Positions 46,000 through 55,642 of a stretch of 64,000 nt of DNA are shown one piece after another. Where the stretch lies: the IMG/VR virus record IMGVR_UViG_3300028197_000871; one strand, written 5' to 3'. The translations under genes and the position numbers were made by a program. Source of the DNA: an uncultured virus (IMG/VR IMGVR_UViG_3300028197_000871). Lineage: Duplodnaviria; Heunggongvirae; Uroviricota; Caudoviricetes. Within the stretch, counting starts at the first letter, position 1. Each line of letters starts with the position of its first letter. Under the pieces are notes generated by a model. The model ran no database searches. It was not told the origin of the DNA and saw nothing but the letters and a program-made list of their open reading frames with translations.

Positions 46000-47658
46000 A
46001 TGGGCAGATTATTTGGATTCTCAATTGAAGATAATGAGAAGACACCACCCAGTGTAGTATCTCCGATCCCACCCTCTAATCAGGATGGGTCGGAGCATTA
46101 CGTAAGCACTGGGTTTTTTGGTAGCTATGTGGACATTGAAGGTGTCTACAAAAATGAGAATGAATTAATTAGAAGATATAGGTCAATGGCACTCTATCCA
46201 GAATGTGATAGTGCAATTGAAGATATTGTAAACGAAGCAATTGTTTCAGACACAAATGATAGTCCAGTTAAAATTGAACTATCTAACCTCAAAGCAAGTG
46301 ACAACATCAAGAAGAAAGTAAGAGAAGAGTTTGCTTATATTCTAGAATTGCTTGATTTTGATAAGAAAGCACACGAAATTTTTAGAAACTGGTACATTGA
46401 TGGCAGATTGTACTATAACAAAGTCATTGACCAGAAAAATCCACAGGCAGGTATTCAAGAACTGAGGTATATTGATGCCTCTAAGATGAAATATGTTCGT
46501 CAAATAAAAAAACAAGGCAAAGATAGTATACAAACTGCACAAAATCAATTGGCAGCAAGTGACAATACAGGTTATAACTTTCCAGATATTGAAGAATATT
46601 TTATCTATACACCTGGTCAGAAGAGTGGAACCAACTATGGTGCCAACAATTCTTCTGTAAAAGGCATTAAGATGACAAAAGATTCTGTCACTTATTGCAC
46701 CTCTGGTTTGGTAGATAGAAATAAAGGTCTTACATTATCTTGGTTGCATAAGTCAATCAAACCTATCAATCAGTTGATGATGATTGAGGATTCACTTGTT
46801 ATCTACAGATTATCAAGAGCACCAGAACGTAGAATCTTCTATATTGATGTTGGTAATCTACCTAAGGTAAAGGCAGAACAATATCTGCGTGACGTCATGA
46901 TGCGTTATAGAAATAAACTTGTCTATGATGCAAACACTGGTGAGATTAGAGATGACAAGAAGTTTATGTCTATGATGGAAGACTTCTGGTTACCTAGAAG
47001 AGAAGGTGGTAGAGGTACAGAAATTACTACACTTCCTGGTGGTCAGAACCTTGGTGAAATCTCTGACATCAACTACTTCCAGAAGAAACTTTATAGAGCA
47101 TTGAATGTTCCTGAGTCTAGACTACAAGGAGACAGTGGTTTCTCTATGGGTCGTTCTTCTGAAATCTTGAGAGATGAAGTTAAGTTCTCCAAGTTTGTTG
47201 GTAGAATGAGAAAGAGATTCTCATCCATGTTCAGTGATATGCTGAAGACTCAACTGCTTCTTAAGAATGTAATTACTTCTGAAGATTGGGAGTATATGGC
47301 AGACCACATTCAGTATGACTTCCTGTATGATAATCACTTTGCTGAACTTAAGGATGCAGAAATTCAAACTGAAAGAATCAACCTTGCTGCTCTTGCAGAA
47401 CCATATGTTGGTAAATACTATTCTGCTGACTATGTAAGAAGAAAAATCCTCAGACAAACTGATGAGGAAATTCTTGAGCAGGATGAAATCATTGAAAAAG
47501 AAATTGAAGCAGGTGTTATTCCTGATCCTGCATCAATTGATCCAATGACTGGTATGCCAATGCAAGACCCAGCAATGGGTGAACCAACTCCTGCAATGGC
47601 AGCTCCCCCATCACCAAAAGACCCTGAAATCACACCTCCCAAAGGTGGGGATTTCTAA
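46000..47658 (+). CDS. gp20: Portal vertex protein gp20
   Basis: IYRLSRAPERRIFYIDVGNLP and EDFWLPRREGGRGTEITTLPGG motifs. Confidence 0.98.
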   Translation: MGRLFGFSIEDNEKTPPSVVSPIPPSNQDGSEHYVSTGFFGSYVDIEGVYKNENELIRRYRSMALYPECDSAIEDIVNEAIVSDTNDSPVKIELSNLKASDNIKKKVREEFAYILELLDFDKKAHEIFRNWYIDGRLYYNKVIDQKNPQAGIQELRYIDASKMKYVRQIKKQGKDSIQTAQNQLAASDNTGYNFPDIEEYFIYTPGQKSGTNYGANNSSVKGIKMTKDSVTYCTSGLVDRNKGLTLSWLHKSIKPINQLMMIEDSLVIYRLSRAPERRIFYIDVGNLPKVKAEQYLRDVMMRYRNKLVYDANTGEIRDDKKFMSMMEDFWLPRREGGRGTEITTLPGGQNLGEISDINYFQKKLYRALNVPESRLQGDSGFSMGRSSEILRDEVKFSKFVGRMRKRFSSMFSDMLKTQLLLKNVITSEDWEYMADHIQYDFLYDNHFAELKDAEIQTERINLAALAEPYVGKYYSADYVRRKILRQTDEEILEQDEIIEKEIEAGVIPDPASIDPMTGMPMQDPAMGEPTPAMAAPPSPKDPEITPPKGGDF

Positions 47659-47685
47659 ATAGCAAACGTAACATCATTATTAAAC

Positions 47686-47877
47686 ATGGACGAACTTATG
47701 GACATTCTCGTCAGCAAAGATGAGAGTGCATCACAAATTAGTGATAAAATTAAAGATCTGCTCTTTGCAAAGAGTGCAGAAAAAATTGAAAATATTAGAC
47801 CTGAGGTGGCTTCATCAATTTTTGATGAACCAGAAGTTCTTGACCAAGATGAGGATGAATCCTCAGAAGAAGAGTAA
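47686..47877 (+). CDS. Small acidic prohead core protein (gp67 position)
   Basis: Acidic 63-aa ORF after gp20; CTAAATA at 47655-47661. Confidence 0.7.
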   Translation: MDELMDILVSKDESASQISDKIKDLLFAKSAEKIENIRPEVASSIFDEPEVLDQDEDESSEEE

Positions 47878-47913
47878 TACTAAATACACCTATAGGACTG
47901 TAACCTTATAATA

Positions 47914-48462
47914 ATGACTGCTATTAGACCAGTAGGAATCAATTCTACACTATCAACCACTGATACCACCCAACAAACATTAGCAATCTCTCAACAGTCT
48001 GACAATCTCAGAGTTGTTGCAGAATCTGCAGGTGTTTATGTGAATTATGGTGCTAACCCAGTATCAACCAATGAGAACATTTATGTTCCTGTTGGTGAAG
48101 GTGAAGATATTTCTCTTGGTCCAGTGCAATCAAATAGAGTTGTTGGTGTTATCACTGGTACTACTACAATCATTGATTTTCCAGAAGGCACAGGTTGTCC
48201 TTTTGGACCTGGTGATGCTGTAACTCTTACAGCAAATCAATCTAACTTTAATTTCACTCATCAACTTGTACAGTCTGTTGATAGATCTGCAGGTGTCGCT
48301 GGTTACTTCAATACTAGAATGACAGTCAACTATAATTCTACATCAGTAACTGATGTGTTTGATGCACAGCAGTATGCAGAAATTAGAAAGTCAATCAAAG
48401 TATCTGTAAAAACAGAGTCTGGCACTGGTAAAGCATACATCCAACAAGTACAAGTATCCTGA
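47914..48462 (+). CDS. Hypothetical virion protein (182 aa)
   Basis: In the head operon; CTAAATA at 47880-47886. Confidence 0.75.
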   Translation: MTAIRPVGINSTLSTTDTTQQTLAISQQSDNLRVVAESAGVYVNYGANPVSTNENIYVPVGEGEDISLGPVQSNRVVGVITGTTTIIDFPEGTGCPFGPGDAVTLTANQSNFNFTHQLVQSVDRSAGVAGYFNTRMTVNYNSTSVTDVFDAQQYAEIRKSIKVSVKTESGTGKAYIQQVQVS

Positions 48463-48467
48463 GAACA

Positions 48468-49118
48468 ATGAAACTAATCAGAGAAGAAATTGAAACAGTT
48501 GATTTTATCGTTGAAGAGAAAAACGGTAAAAAATCAATGTTTATTGAAGGTATCTTTCTACAAGGAGAGATGCAGAACAGAAATGGTAGAATGTATCCAA
48601 TGGGAGTCCTGAGAAAGGAAGTCCAAAGATACAATGAAAACCACATTCAAGCTGGTAGAGCTCTTGGAGAACTTGGACATCCAGATGGTCCAACAGTTAA
48701 TTTGGATCGTGTCAGTCACAAAATTGTTTCACTCAAAGAAAGTGGAACAAACTTCATTGGTAAGGCAAAAATCCTTTCAACCCCAATGGGTAAGATTGCA
48801 CAATCACTTATTGGTGAAGGTGTCAAACTAGGTGTTTCTTCTAGAGGGATTGGATCCCTCAAAGCCACTAGAGAAGGAGTAAATATTGTTGGAGATGACT
48901 TTATGCTCTCCACTGCTGCTGATATTGTAGCAGACCCTTCTGCACCTGATGCTTTCGTTGAAGGTATCATGGAAGGAAAAGAATGGATCTGGGATGGTGG
49001 CATCCTAAGAGAATCCATGGCAGCAAAGACTTACAAGAGAATTAATACACTTGTAACTACTAAGCAACTTGATGAACAGAAAGCAAAACTGTTCAGTGAC
49101 TTCCTCAACAACCTTTGA
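48468..49118 (+). CDS. gp21: Prohead core protease gp21
   Basis: ALGELGHP, GVSSRGIGS and DIVADPSAPDAFV motifs. Confidence 0.97.
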   Translation: MKLIREEIETVDFIVEEKNGKKSMFIEGIFLQGEMQNRNGRMYPMGVLRKEVQRYNENHIQAGRALGELGHPDGPTVNLDRVSHKIVSLKESGTNFIGKAKILSTPMGKIAQSLIGEGVKLGVSSRGIGSLKATREGVNIVGDDFMLSTAADIVADPSAPDAFVEGIMEGKEWIWDGGILRESMAAKTYKRINTLVTTKQLDEQKAKLFSDFLNNL

Positions 49119-49146
49119 GTTGTTGGCGTAGTTAAAAATACTAATT

Positions 49147-49154
49147 TATAAATA
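49147..49154 (+). promoter_or_regulatory. T4 late promoter, perfect TATAAATA
   Basis: Exact consensus upstream of gp22. Confidence 0.8.
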
Positions 49155-49191
49155 AATATAGATTAAAAAAGGTTAATCGGAGAGTTCAACA

Positions 49192-50274
49192 ATGTCTCGT
49201 GACAATTTACAAGAAATGGAGCAATCTAAAACTGCTGTGAACGCGAGTGCAAAACCTGCAGAGGGGATGCAAAAACTTGCAGGTGGAGCAGTAGCAGGTC
49301 AAACTGGGTCTTATGAAGATCTGGGTGGACCTACTCCAGAAAACTACAAACCCGACAATGATTCTGCAAAGCTCAGAGAGCCTAAGATCAAGACTGTCAG
49401 TGATGTAGTCAACAGAGGTGCAAAAGCAGCAGACCCCATGAAGAAAATGGCTAAAGAAGAAATCGAATCCCAAGAGGAAGAGGTTCTTGAAGAAGACCAA
49501 GTTTCTGAAGAGGAAATTGTCGCAGAGGAAGAAACCATTGATGATGGTATTGACATCGAAGAAGATGTCAATGCTCTTCTGGGTGGTGAAGATCTCTCAG
49601 AAGAATTTAGAGAAAAGGCAAAGGTTATCTTTGAAGCTGCTCTAAATTCCAAAGTAAAAGAAATCCAGGAAACCCTGGAAGTCCAGTATGAAACAAAACT
49701 GGATGAAGAGAGAGAAGCTCTTAAAGGTTCTCTCACTGAAAGAGTTGACTCATATCTTGAGTATGTCTGCGAAGAGTGGATGACTGAGAATGAGTTGGCT
49801 ATTGATCATGGTCTTAAGACAGAAATGACAGAGTCCTTCCTTTCTGGAATGAAGGGACTTTTTGAAGAACATTATGTAACTATTCCTGAAGAGAAATATG
49901 ATGTGCTTGAGAGCATGGTAGAAAAACTTGATGAAATGGAAACCAAACTCAATGAGCAGATTGATAAGAACATTGGCCTGAATAAGAGACTCGCTGAGTC
50001 CACAGCTGATGCTATCCTCAATCAAATTTCTGAAGGTCTTGTAGAGACCCAGAAAGAAAAGCTTGCCTCACTTGCTGAAAGTGTGGAGTTTGAAAGTGAA
50101 GAAGAGTATCGTGGAAAACTGGAGACCCTGAAGGAGTCATACTTCTCAGGTAAGTCAGCAGTTGCAAAATCTGAAGCACCACAAACCCTTTCTGAGGGTG
50201 TGGATTCAACATCAGCACCAATTGCTGGAACTATGGATGCATATCTCAGAACACTGGGTGCTTTCAAACAGTGA
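49192..50274 (+). CDS. gp22: Prohead core scaffold protein gp22
   Basis: Acidic coiled coil; LSEEFREKAKVIFEAA and VDSYLEYVCEEW motifs; lies between gp21 and gp23. Confidence 0.95.
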   Translation: MSRDNLQEMEQSKTAVNASAKPAEGMQKLAGGAVAGQTGSYEDLGGPTPENYKPDNDSAKLREPKIKTVSDVVNRGAKAADPMKKMAKEEIESQEEEVLEEDQVSEEEIVAEEETIDDGIDIEEDVNALLGGEDLSEEFREKAKVIFEAALNSKVKEIQETLEVQYETKLDEEREALKGSLTERVDSYLEYVCEEWMTENELAIDHGLKTEMTESFLSGMKGLFEEHYVTIPEEKYDVLESMVEKLDEMETKLNEQIDKNIGLNKRLAESTADAILNQISEGLVETQKEKLASLAESVEFESEEEYRGKLETLKESYFSGKSAVAKSEAPQTLSEGVDSTSAPIAGTMDAYLRTLGAFKQ

Positions 50275-50323
50275 ATTTTTAATTAATTCAAACCCCTACA
50301 ATTTCAACAAACGGTAATAGCAA

Positions 50324-51748
50324 ATGTTTCAATCAGAACATCTGCAGGAAAAGTGGAGTCCACTTCTCGACTATGAAGGTCTTGATCCTATCAAAGATAG
50401 TCACAGAAGAAGCGTAACCGCAGTCCTGCTAGAAAACCAAGAAAAATTCCTCAGAGAGGAGCAAGCATTCAGTCAGGGTATCAACCTGATGGAAACCCCT
50501 ACCAATGCTGCTAATGCAGCTGGTGCTTCAGGTGGTTTCTCTGGTTCAGCTGATGGTACTGGTCCTGTTGCAGGTTTCGACCCTGTACTGATCTCTCTGA
50601 TCAGACGTGCAATGCCTAACCTGGTCGCATATGACCTGGCTGGTGTTCAACCAATGAATGGTCCTACTGGACTTATCTTTGCAATGCGCTCACGCTACAC
50701 CGATCAGGGTGGCAATGAGACCTTCTATGATGAAGTAGATACTGCATTCTCTGGTCAGGATGATGCCAGAAACCTGTCAGCAGGCATGTCTGATGCTGCT
50801 GTTGGTCTGGGTACAACTGCACAAGCAGATTCTAACCCTTCAATCCTGAACCCTGTTGGTTCTGCATCCTCCACTGGTTACAGTGTTGGTCAGGGCATGG
50901 TCACAGGTGACTCTGAGAACCTTGGCAATGGTGCTGGTGATCAGTTCAACCAGATGGCATTCTCTATTGAGAAAGTCACTGTAACTGCTAAGTCAAGAGC
51001 TCTGAAAGCAGAGTACTCCTTGGAACTTGCACAAGACCTGAAAGCAATTCATGGTCTGAATGCAGAAGCAGAACTTGCTAACATCCTCTCTACTGAGATC
51101 CTTGCTGAGATCAACAGAGAAGTCATCAGAACCATCTATAAGGTAGCTGAGCAAGGTGCTGTTTCTAACACTGCACAACCTGGTGTATTTGACCTTGACA
51201 TTGACTCCAATGGCAGATGGTCTGTTGAGAAGTTCAAAGGTCTTCTTTTCCAAATCGAGAGAGATGCAAACGCAATTGCACAAAGAACTCGTAGAGGGAA
51301 GGGCAACATGGTCATGTGCTCTGCTGACGTAGCATCTGCACTGACTATGGCTGGTATCTTGGATTATACCCCTGCCCTGAATGCAAACCTGAATGTTGAT
51401 GACACTGGCAACACCTTTGCTGGCACCATCAATGGTAAGTTCAGAGTTTACATTGACCCCTATGCTGCAAACCTGACCAGTGCTAATTCTGCTGGTGGTA
51501 ATCAGTACTATGTTGTTGGTTATAAGGGTTCTTCCCCTTATGATGCAGGTCTATTCTACTGCCCATATGTTCCACTTCAGATGGTTCGTGCAGTTGGAGA
51601 GAACACCTTCCAGCCTAAAATTGGCTTCAAGACCAGATATGGTTTGGTTGCTAACCCATTTGCTGAAGGATCTAACCAAGGTCTGGGTAGACTCAGAATC
51701 AACTCTAACCGCTACTACAGAAGAGTTGCTGTTAAGAATTTGATGTGA
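50324..51748 (+). CDS. gp23: Major capsid protein gp23
   Basis: GVQPMNGPTGLIFAMR, KSRALKAEYSLELAQDLKAIHGL and FQPKIGFKTRYG motifs. Confidence 0.99.
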   Translation: MFQSEHLQEKWSPLLDYEGLDPIKDSHRRSVTAVLLENQEKFLREEQAFSQGINLMETPTNAANAAGASGGFSGSADGTGPVAGFDPVLISLIRRAMPNLVAYDLAGVQPMNGPTGLIFAMRSRYTDQGGNETFYDEVDTAFSGQDDARNLSAGMSDAAVGLGTTAQADSNPSILNPVGSASSTGYSVGQGMVTGDSENLGNGAGDQFNQMAFSIEKVTVTAKSRALKAEYSLELAQDLKAIHGLNAEAELANILSTEILAEINREVIRTIYKVAEQGAVSNTAQPGVFDLDIDSNGRWSVEKFKGLLFQIERDANAIAQRTRRGKGNMVMCSADVASALTMAGILDYTPALNANLNVDDTGNTFAGTINGKFRVYIDPYAANLTSANSAGGNQYYVVGYKGSSPYDAGLFYCPYVPLQMVRAVGENTFQPKIGFKTRYGLVANPFAEGSNQGLGRLRINSNRYYRRVAVKNLM

Positions 51749-51773
51749 TTCAGATTCCATAACTGGAAATTTC

Positions 51774-51799
51774 AAGGACCCTTTATGGGTCCTTTTTTT
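51774..51799 (+). terminator. Rho-independent terminator after gp23
   Basis: AAGGACCC-tttat-GGGTCCTT followed by a T-run. Confidence 0.9.
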
Positions 51800-51833
51800 A
51801 TGCCTATATAAAAATAATATTATTATTGACGTT

Positions 51834-52532
51834 ATGGAAGTGATTGTTGAAGGTAAAGTCAAGACTGTGTATCAAGGTGACGATGCACAGCAAGTCATCA
51901 TTGAGTACCACGATAAAGTAACTGCTGGTAATGGTGAGATGGTTGATCATCCTTTAGGAAAAGGATCCCTCTGCTGTAGTATCTCATCTATTATCTTTGA
52001 GAAACTTTCTAAGGAACATATTGCAACACACTATATTAATATGGTTGGTGCTAACAAGATGGTCTGTAAGAAGGTAGACATCGTTCCTCTGGAGGTTATT
52101 TGTAGGAACCGTGCTGCTGGATCTATTGTTCGTGAGACAACTTTAACAGAAGGTACTCCACTACCACAACCTATTGTTGAGTTCTTCTTGAAAGATGATA
52201 ATAAGCATGATCCTCTTCTAACAAGAGATCGTGTACGTCTGATGGGATATAATCCTGAACCTTTTGTTGAAATGACACTACGGATTAATGATTATCTTAG
52301 ACAGATGTTCTACATCTTGGGTATTGATCTTGTGGATTTTAAGGTTGAGTATGGTTATGATGCTCATGGTGATTTGTATCTTGCAGATGAGATTAGTCCA
52401 GATAGTATGAGACTATGGAAGATTGGTAGTGATAAAAGATTTGATAAGGATCTATTCAGAAAGGATGAAGGTGATATAGTACCTGCCTATCGTGAGATTC
52501 TTGATCGACTACAACCACTTGCAATCCAATGA
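51834..52532 (+). CDS. purC: SAICAR synthetase (auxiliary metabolic gene)
   Basis: EGKVK, PLEVICRNRAAGS, EFFLKDD..HDP, LVDFKVEYG, LADEISPDSMRLW and DKDLFR motifs. Confidence 0.95.
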   Translation: MEVIVEGKVKTVYQGDDAQQVIIEYHDKVTAGNGEMVDHPLGKGSLCCSISSIIFEKLSKEHIATHYINMVGANKMVCKKVDIVPLEVICRNRAAGSIVRETTLTEGTPLPQPIVEFFLKDDNKHDPLLTRDRVRLMGYNPEPFVEMTLRINDYLRQMFYILGIDLVDFKVEYGYDAHGDLYLADEISPDSMRLWKIGSDKRFDKDLFRKDEGDIVPAYREILDRLQPLAIQ

Positions 52533-52798
52533 AACATCATGTCCCTGACATCATTAAGAAGAATGGTTTTGCTTGCTTCACTAGTTTGAATCAAGCAGAG
52601 CGAGCAGTTGTTATGTTTGGTGATGATGCTTACAGAGAATCACTAGACCTTGACAACGATGATGCTGAGTGTTGGAAGATACCTAGTGGAGAGTCAACAA
52701 CCTTTGTTGGTTGGAACCCTATGTGTGTCCCTACCATGGAATACATTGTATGGAAACTAAAGAACCGTGAACAAATTATCAACGGAGAAATTTACTGA
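52529..52798 (+). CDS. Hypothetical protein (89 aa) coupled between purC and purM
   Basis: ATGA and TGATG overlaps on either side. Confidence 0.75.
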   Translation: MKHHVPDIIKKNGFACFTSLNQAERAVVMFGDDAYRESLDLDNDDAECWKIPSGESTTFVGWNPMCVPTMEYIVWKLKNREQIINGEIY

Positions 52799-53727
52799 TG
52801 GATTATAAAACTTCTGGTGTTGACATTCAAAAAGGACGATCCTTTGTTGAGTATCTTAAGGTAATGGCACCTAACATTGGTGGGTTCAATGGAATGATGG
52901 AAGTGCCATCAGGATATGAGAAACCTGTCTTAGTATCTGGTGCTGATGGTGTTGGAACTAAAATTAATATCTGTAGGATTGCTGATGATTACACCACTAT
53001 TGGTCAGGATCTCGTTGCTATGTGCGTCAATGACGTTATATGTTCTGGTGCTAAACCATTATATTTTCTAGACTATATCTCTACTAAAACCATTGATGCT
53101 AATGTTAGTGATATTGTGTATGGAATTGCTGAGGGTTGTAAGATTGCAGACATGCAACTCCTAGGTGGTGAAACTGCTGAACATTTTAGAGCAACTGACT
53201 ATGACCTTGCTGGTTTCTGCACTGGTGTTGTAGAGAAGAATGACGTTGTTGATGGTAGTAACATCCAACCTGGTGATGTAGTCATTGGTATTGAAAGTAG
53301 TGGTCTTCATAGTAATGGATACACTCTTGTCAATGATATGTTGTGGAGAAATTATATCTACTACAAGGAGATGCCTGAGTTGTTGGTTCCAACTACAATC
53401 TATTCTCCTCTTGTTCAGGATCTGTTAGATGTGGTTCCTATCCTAGGTATGTCACATATCACTGGTGGTGGTATCCCTGAGAACCTTCCTAGGTGTCTCC
53501 CAAAGGGTATGACTGTTGATGTAGACTACAACTCTTGGGAGAGACCAGAACTCTTCAATAAGATTCAGAAGGCAGGGGACATTGCTGAAGAAGAGATGCG
53601 TAATGTATTCAATCTAGGTATTGGTTTCTGTTTGGTTGTTCCACCAGATGTAGTAGCATTGACTCAAGAAATTATTTCAGATGTACCACATGGTATGAGG
53701 TCATGGGTTATAGGTGAAGTGGTGTAG
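52798..53727 (+). CDS. purM: AIR synthetase (phosphoribosylformylglycinamidine cyclo-ligase)
   Basis: YKTSGVDI, DGVGTK, GQDLVAMCVND, GAKPLYFLDY, GGETAE, SSGLHSNGY, HITGGG and VFNLGIG motifs. Confidence 0.96.
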   Translation: MDYKTSGVDIQKGRSFVEYLKVMAPNIGGFNGMMEVPSGYEKPVLVSGADGVGTKINICRIADDYTTIGQDLVAMCVNDVICSGAKPLYFLDYISTKTIDANVSDIVYGIAEGCKIADMQLLGGETAEHFRATDYDLAGFCTGVVEKNDVVDGSNIQPGDVVIGIESSGLHSNGYTLVNDMLWRNYIYYKEMPELLVPTTIYSPLVQDLLDVVPILGMSHITGGGIPENLPRCLPKGMTVDVDYNSWERPELFNKIQKAGDIAEEEMRNVFNLGIGFCLVVPPDVVALTQEIISDVPHGMRSWVIGEVV

Positions 53728-53745
53728 GCAATATATGTTCTAGAG

Positions 53746-53752
53746 ATAAATA
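53746..53752 (+). promoter_or_regulatory. T4-type late promoter (ATAAATA)
   Basis: Upstream of the fibre-like gene. Confidence 0.65.
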
Positions 53753-53774
53753 GAAAAAAAGTTATCTTTGTAAG

Positions 53775-55442
53775 ATGTCAAATATCTACGCTAATAATAT
53801 TAATCCTAGGAGTGGAAACACTGTAACTTTTCCACAGAATATTAAAGTTCTTGGAACAGCAACTTATGAGGATGTTGCTAATGTAGATTCTGTTGGCATT
53901 ATAACTGCTCAGTCTGGTGTGAATGTTACTGGTGGTGATGTAAAAATTGGAACCACCAATAATGTAACATTTGGTAGTCGCAGAGCATTGACAGTTGCTA
54001 ATGGAACAACTGGTGCTGTCATTTCTCTTTATAATAACACAACTGCTACTGCTAATCCAAGAATTAGTTCTAATCCTGGTGGTAGTGAAATCAATGACAT
54101 TGGTATTCACGCAGCAAGTACGAATGGTAATATCATTGCATACACTAACAATGATACAGAAAGACTTCGTATAAATTCTTCTGGTTCAGTTGGTATTGGA
54201 ACTGATAACATTAATGCTCAACTACAAGTAAATAATGGTCTCTTTGGATTAGAGTTCAATCCAAATAGTGAAAATGCTGTTGTTTCTTATAATAGAACCA
54301 CTAGTGCTTATGCTCCAGTTGGTTTTCAAGGTTCAACTGTAGCATTGAGAATTGGAGGATCTGGAACAACAGCACTTAAGGTAGATTCTGCTGGTAAGAT
54401 TGGTATCAATAATACTTCTCCAACGCAGAGGGTACACGTAGGTGGTAATATTGAACTTAATGCTTATGACAGCCCTAATGGTTCTGGTGGGTATTATTTC
54501 TCTAAAGGATTAATTATTGGTAATGCCTATGATGCTAATAAAACATCAAGTGATGATCGTAATGCAATTATATGGAATGAGAGAGGTTTAGATCTAGACA
54601 TTGCAACTAATGATATAATTAGACAAAAAATTACTTATGATGGTACGGTTTGTATTGGTGCCACAATGGCACCACGTACTGGATTCTTTAATGTAAACTC
54701 AATTACTCCTGCATTCCAAGTTGAACAAGCTGGACCAAGTGATAATGGACGCTTTTTGTCAATTGTCAGTAATGCTGGTGCTAGTGCAGGATATTCTCCA
54801 ACTCTGTTAATTGGTAAATCTCGTGGCACCACTGTTGGTTCTGCAGGGTTGTTATCTGATGGTGATGAGATAGGAGCAATTAGTTTCCAAGGTGCTGATG
54901 GAACACATTTGGTTGAATCTGCAAGAATTGTTGTAAATGCAGATGGACTTACTGGTGCTGATAAAATGCCAGGATCAATAACTTTCCAAACAACAGATGA
55001 TGGAGCATCAGTACCAAGTAGAAAACTTCAAATTTTACAAAATGGTCTTGTCTGGGCAGCAGCAGGAACTAGTGGTGTAGGAAACACAGACAGAGGTTTC
55101 TATCACGGTTATTCATCTCCAGACACTCAATCAACTGGAATGACAATGAAGTGTCTTGGTATTGGTGGTGGTTCTGGACCATTTGATACTGGTGTTAGCG
55201 TAAATGCTGGTAATGCTGGTGGTGTTGCACTTATATTTGCTACCAGAAATACTAGTGCTGGAACTGCAACTGATGGTGCTGTATATCTGATGCAATTCTA
55301 TTATAATGGAAATAATACCCCCCTTGTTGTTCACTTAGGTGGAGACAACTGGATAACTTGGGGACAGACTGCTGGTAATAACTTACAAGCAAGTTGGTCT
55401 GGTGTTAGTAACTACTCCTTTGGTATGATATTTTTACATTGA
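53775..55442 (+). CDS. Tail-fibre-like protein (555 aa)
   Basis: TYEDVANVDSVGIITA module; ERLRINSSGSVGIGT-type fibre repeats; GAISFQGADG motif. Confidence 0.8.
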   Translation: MSNIYANNINPRSGNTVTFPQNIKVLGTATYEDVANVDSVGIITAQSGVNVTGGDVKIGTTNNVTFGSRRALTVANGTTGAVISLYNNTTATANPRISSNPGGSEINDIGIHAASTNGNIIAYTNNDTERLRINSSGSVGIGTDNINAQLQVNNGLFGLEFNPNSENAVVSYNRTTSAYAPVGFQGSTVALRIGGSGTTALKVDSAGKIGINNTSPTQRVHVGGNIELNAYDSPNGSGGYYFSKGLIIGNAYDANKTSSDDRNAIIWNERGLDLDIATNDIIRQKITYDGTVCIGATMAPRTGFFNVNSITPAFQVEQAGPSDNGRFLSIVSNAGASAGYSPTLLIGKSRGTTVGSAGLLSDGDEIGAISFQGADGTHLVESARIVVNADGLTGADKMPGSITFQTTDDGASVPSRKLQILQNGLVWAAAGTSGVGNTDRGFYHGYSSPDTQSTGMTMKCLGIGGGSGPFDTGVSVNAGNAGGVALIFATRNTSAGTATDGAVYLMQFYYNGNNTPLVVHLGGDNWITWGQTAGNNLQASWSGVSNYSFGMIFLH

Positions 55443-55483
55443 TGCTAGTCTCTGATAAATAATTCATCTCCTGCCTTAGGACT

Positions 55484-55642
55484 ATGGCATCCTACATTAA
55501 AAAGACTGTCTGCAATCTAGATGTTTATTATCAAGGCAATAATAAATGGACAGAGAAATTTGCAGATAGAAAGAAATATAATACTGCTAGTGATGCCCAA
55601 GAAGAATATGCAAAGTACGTTGGTGTAATAGTTAATGAGTAA
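55484..55642 (+). CDS. Small late protein (52 aa, below track cutoff)
   Basis: ATAAATA at 55455-55461 and AGGA RBS; MASYIKKTVCNLDVYYQGNNKWTEKFADRKKYNTASDAQEEYAKYVGVIVNE; overlaps the gp3 start. Confidence 0.75.
   Translation: MASYIKKTVCNLDVYYQGNNKWTEKFADRKKYNTASDAQEEYAKYVGVIVNE

Noticed and set aside
40911..51748. Inteins or introns in the terminase, portal or capsid genes
   Set aside because: ORFs are uninterrupted, of ordinary length, and show no splicing motifs
37137..55442. Diversity-generating retroelement or invertible fibre cassette
   Set aside because: No reverse transcriptase or invertase gene and no adenine-specific template/variable repeat pair seen; the repeats are in-frame duplications
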